NCBI GenBank assembly: GCA_044222475.1
Contig: JBGANF010000069.1
Span: 1-40,538, forward strand
DNA length: 40,538 nucleotides
Origin: Polyangiaceae bacterium
GTDB taxonomy: Bacteria > Myxococcota_A > Polyangia > Polyangiales > Polyangiaceae
Direction of reading: 5' to 3'
Position 1 is the stretch's first letter. Every line of letters starts with the position of its first letter. Below are positions 39,501-40,538 of the stretch, piece by piece. The notes under the pieces are model-generated. The model worked only from the letters and a program-made list of their open reading frames with translations. It was not told where the DNA came from and did not search any database. The position numbers were made by a program, and so were the translations under genes.

Positions 39501-40383
39501 CTTCGACGTCGCCACGAACGTGACCGCGCAGGCGGGACTCCTGCTCGCCGACGATACAATGGGTTGGCAGCGCTTCGGAACGAGTCGCACCGCGCCCGAC
39601 CTGCTTTACGCAAACATCGTGGGGCCGAACTCGGGAAAGAACTCGCTGTTCAAAGACCCACGGGACACCGACACAGGCTACTATCTCGCCGGGACCGGCC
39701 TCAATTGCGTGAGCGGAATGTGCTACGGCGTCTTCCTCGGCCCTGGAAGCTACACCCCGCACAATGCGCGCTACAAGAGCGTCATCGGGCACGAAATGGG
39801 CCACCAACTCAACTGGCATCGCATGGGGATGTCATACTGGCAGCACTCGAAGCCGACGACTGTCGCCGCTTGCACGCGCGACTTCGTTCTCGACCAAACC
39901 GCCGCGTCGCACTGCCTCCAGTCGCTTCAAGACAACGGCTTTGCTTTGAACGAGGGTTTCGCGCACTTCGTTTCGGCACGCGCCGTCCAGGCGCAGACGT
40001 CGTCGGCGTGTACGTATGTCTACTACAAAGAGTTTCGCGAAGACACGTCAGCGGTCGTGTCACCGCCGGTTGCCAAGTCCTGCATCGGTCAAACGAAGTG
40101 GGCATACAATCACTGTCCGGTCAGCGGAAACACCGTCGAGTGGGACTGGCTGAATTTTCTCTGGGCCATCAACACGACGAGCGTTACGAACGCGCCGATT
40201 TCGATCGACCAGTTGGCGGCGGTCTATCAGGCCGCTTGCGGCGGAGGCAATTGCAGCTTGTACAACTCGTCGCATGCGCTGAATTTTCAGGTGCTGTCCG
40301 GGCAGATCGGCTCTCTTCCAAATCCGGAGCAACGGACATCGTTCACTAACAGCGGCGGCGCATACGGAGTGAACTATCCCTGA
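36544..40383 (+). CDS. Large secreted lipoprotein: N-terminal beta domain, Kelch propeller and C-terminal zinc metallopeptidase-like domain
   Basis: Lipobox-like AGAC; Kelch repeats (HTATELNDGRLLVVGG...AEIYDP..GTW); HEMGH followed by NEGFA (gluzincin pattern). Confidence 0.85.
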   Translation: MAKQSSMVGVEKRSWGLPRLALALCGCAWVLSAGACSTVEPPTGSTSQAALSASPTLADLRGRFVKRFTSPDGEPGSEPVFPIGPATLSRSAGRISGTVVGESAAKVSVAEVPTSGVQVSARGGTAGFTLDGIGQVTAELAEGYVIFPHALAGKHTVLIRPSREGIEDFIVFESAPPIPKVTYTTKLDGVAGLRLVGNVLEMLDRTGTPVLRIRAPEIVDRDGKTIAAKLGVSGCAVDTNAAPPWDRSTTPPGNTTCAVNVTWRNEDVSYPAVLDPSWVATGSLANARANHTATELNDGRLLVVGGKNSGANQGAEIYDPLTGTWATAASPTTLRYQHLAEKLANGKVLIAGGATADTSPLSSAELYDPVAGTWSSTGSLTTARRFFASVKLQNGKVLAIGGHDGVSGWFSSCELYDPAAGTWSATGSLGTARGGAAATVLDDGRVLVSGGNSSTTFLATAERYDPAAGTWSSAGTFSNGRRQHAQVLTQYGDHVVLGGGYTSQTALTATTSVYDVSANTWGDGPSLSVARGKLSGVMLPGVGAVFGGGQTGTSTYSATTENFTQVPNAVAALSALSASRSNYTMTVLSPLGQVVAAGGYNGSYLATVEIYDSIDHERELGSAPIMVEWTVPSTMKGSYASSTTLSARISNMTTSSETVRLYATASGLDQRLAQRDLGTFSVPARTDRYHPGTTDVTLALSQLPVQSVGLQSQVDLQSVFHEGQSDQVIVPSSNIYYVFSSDYSTATLYGYDGAEFDITDTGSLTSVMTGIAASAAVLTSVGRYWNGSSWVSVNVSAGQNVAHSSYIAAGPRLSRMRDLAWYDNITPDQTSEVAAGANNWKLCATWRAEYIDPQPAGIISALQNNKTVPARYAEYLIESVSGTTHQSWVAKGFLDGEGCTKRWSLPTSSNYKLWQFTDLDAGSNKPFIDVRYGGWNPNYLEYKAPNPNGNGQTPKFDINYPYGSLEVTGVDFTNVSGDKATQQSAGFDVATNVTAQAGLLLADDTMGWQRFGTSRTAPDLLYANIVGPNSGKNSLFKDPRDTDTGYYLAGTGLNCVSGMCYGVFLGPGSYTPHNARYKSVIGHEMGHQLNWHRMGMSYWQHSKPTTVAACTRDFVLDQTAASHCLQSLQDNGFALNEGFAHFVSARAVQAQTSSACTYVYYKEFREDTSAVVSPPVAKSCIGQTKWAYNHCPVSGNTVEWDWLNFLWAINTTSVTNAPISIDQLAAVYQAACGGGNCSLYNSSHALNFQVLSGQIGSLPNPEQRTSFTNSGGAYGVNYP

Positions 40384-40538
40384 TGAAAAGGCGGCTTGTC
40401 GCAGCGGTGGGGGCGATCGTCGCGTTCGCCTGTGGTCGCGGCAGCACACCGGCCGTCCAAGACGCCGCGAGCGGCGCCGACGTTGTGACCTGCTCCCCAG
40501 CTCCGTTGCTTCACCAATGTCCGGACTGCTGGGTGACC
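40383..40538 (+). CDS. Lipoprotein, 5' part only (runs off window)
   Basis: TGATG coupling; manual translation MKRRLVAAVGAIVAFACGRGSTP... with lipobox AFAC; open to the window end. Confidence 0.65.
   Translation, partial: MKRRLVAAVGAIVAFACGRGSTPAVQDAASGADVVTCSPAPLLHQCPDCWVT

Overview
High-GC bacterial DNA. The gene content (many Cys-rich lipoproteins, STAND-type ATPases, copper monooxygenase lipoprotein) suggests a myxobacterium (Polyangiales-like); this taxonomy is inference. About 37 CDSs can be supported. Housekeeping genes: accD-folC-yajQ-glmM, rpiA, scoA/scoB, thioredoxin, cold-shock protein, slyX. Signalling genes: ECF sigma factor, GAF-GGDEF cyclase, two AAA/STAND ATPases. Many secreted lipoproteins. 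No rRNA, tRNA, CRISPR array or transposase was seen. Most notable: (1) a DUF559-like nuclease preceded by about 450 nt of stacked hairpins, the last a 161-nt hairpin bounded by GACTC...GAGTC that buries its Shine-Dalgarno; (2) a cargo ORF enclosed by ~64-bp inverted repeats whose degenerate outer ends are also GACTC...GAGTC, plus a gene-less hexamer-armed palindrome; (3) an LCIB/theta-carbonic-anhydrase-like protein near a bestrophin channel; (4) a LarA-superfamily protein with an altered active site; (5) an exact 140-bp tandem duplication and, 300 bp away, a frameshifting deletion in a mepA-like gene, possibly an assembly artefact.
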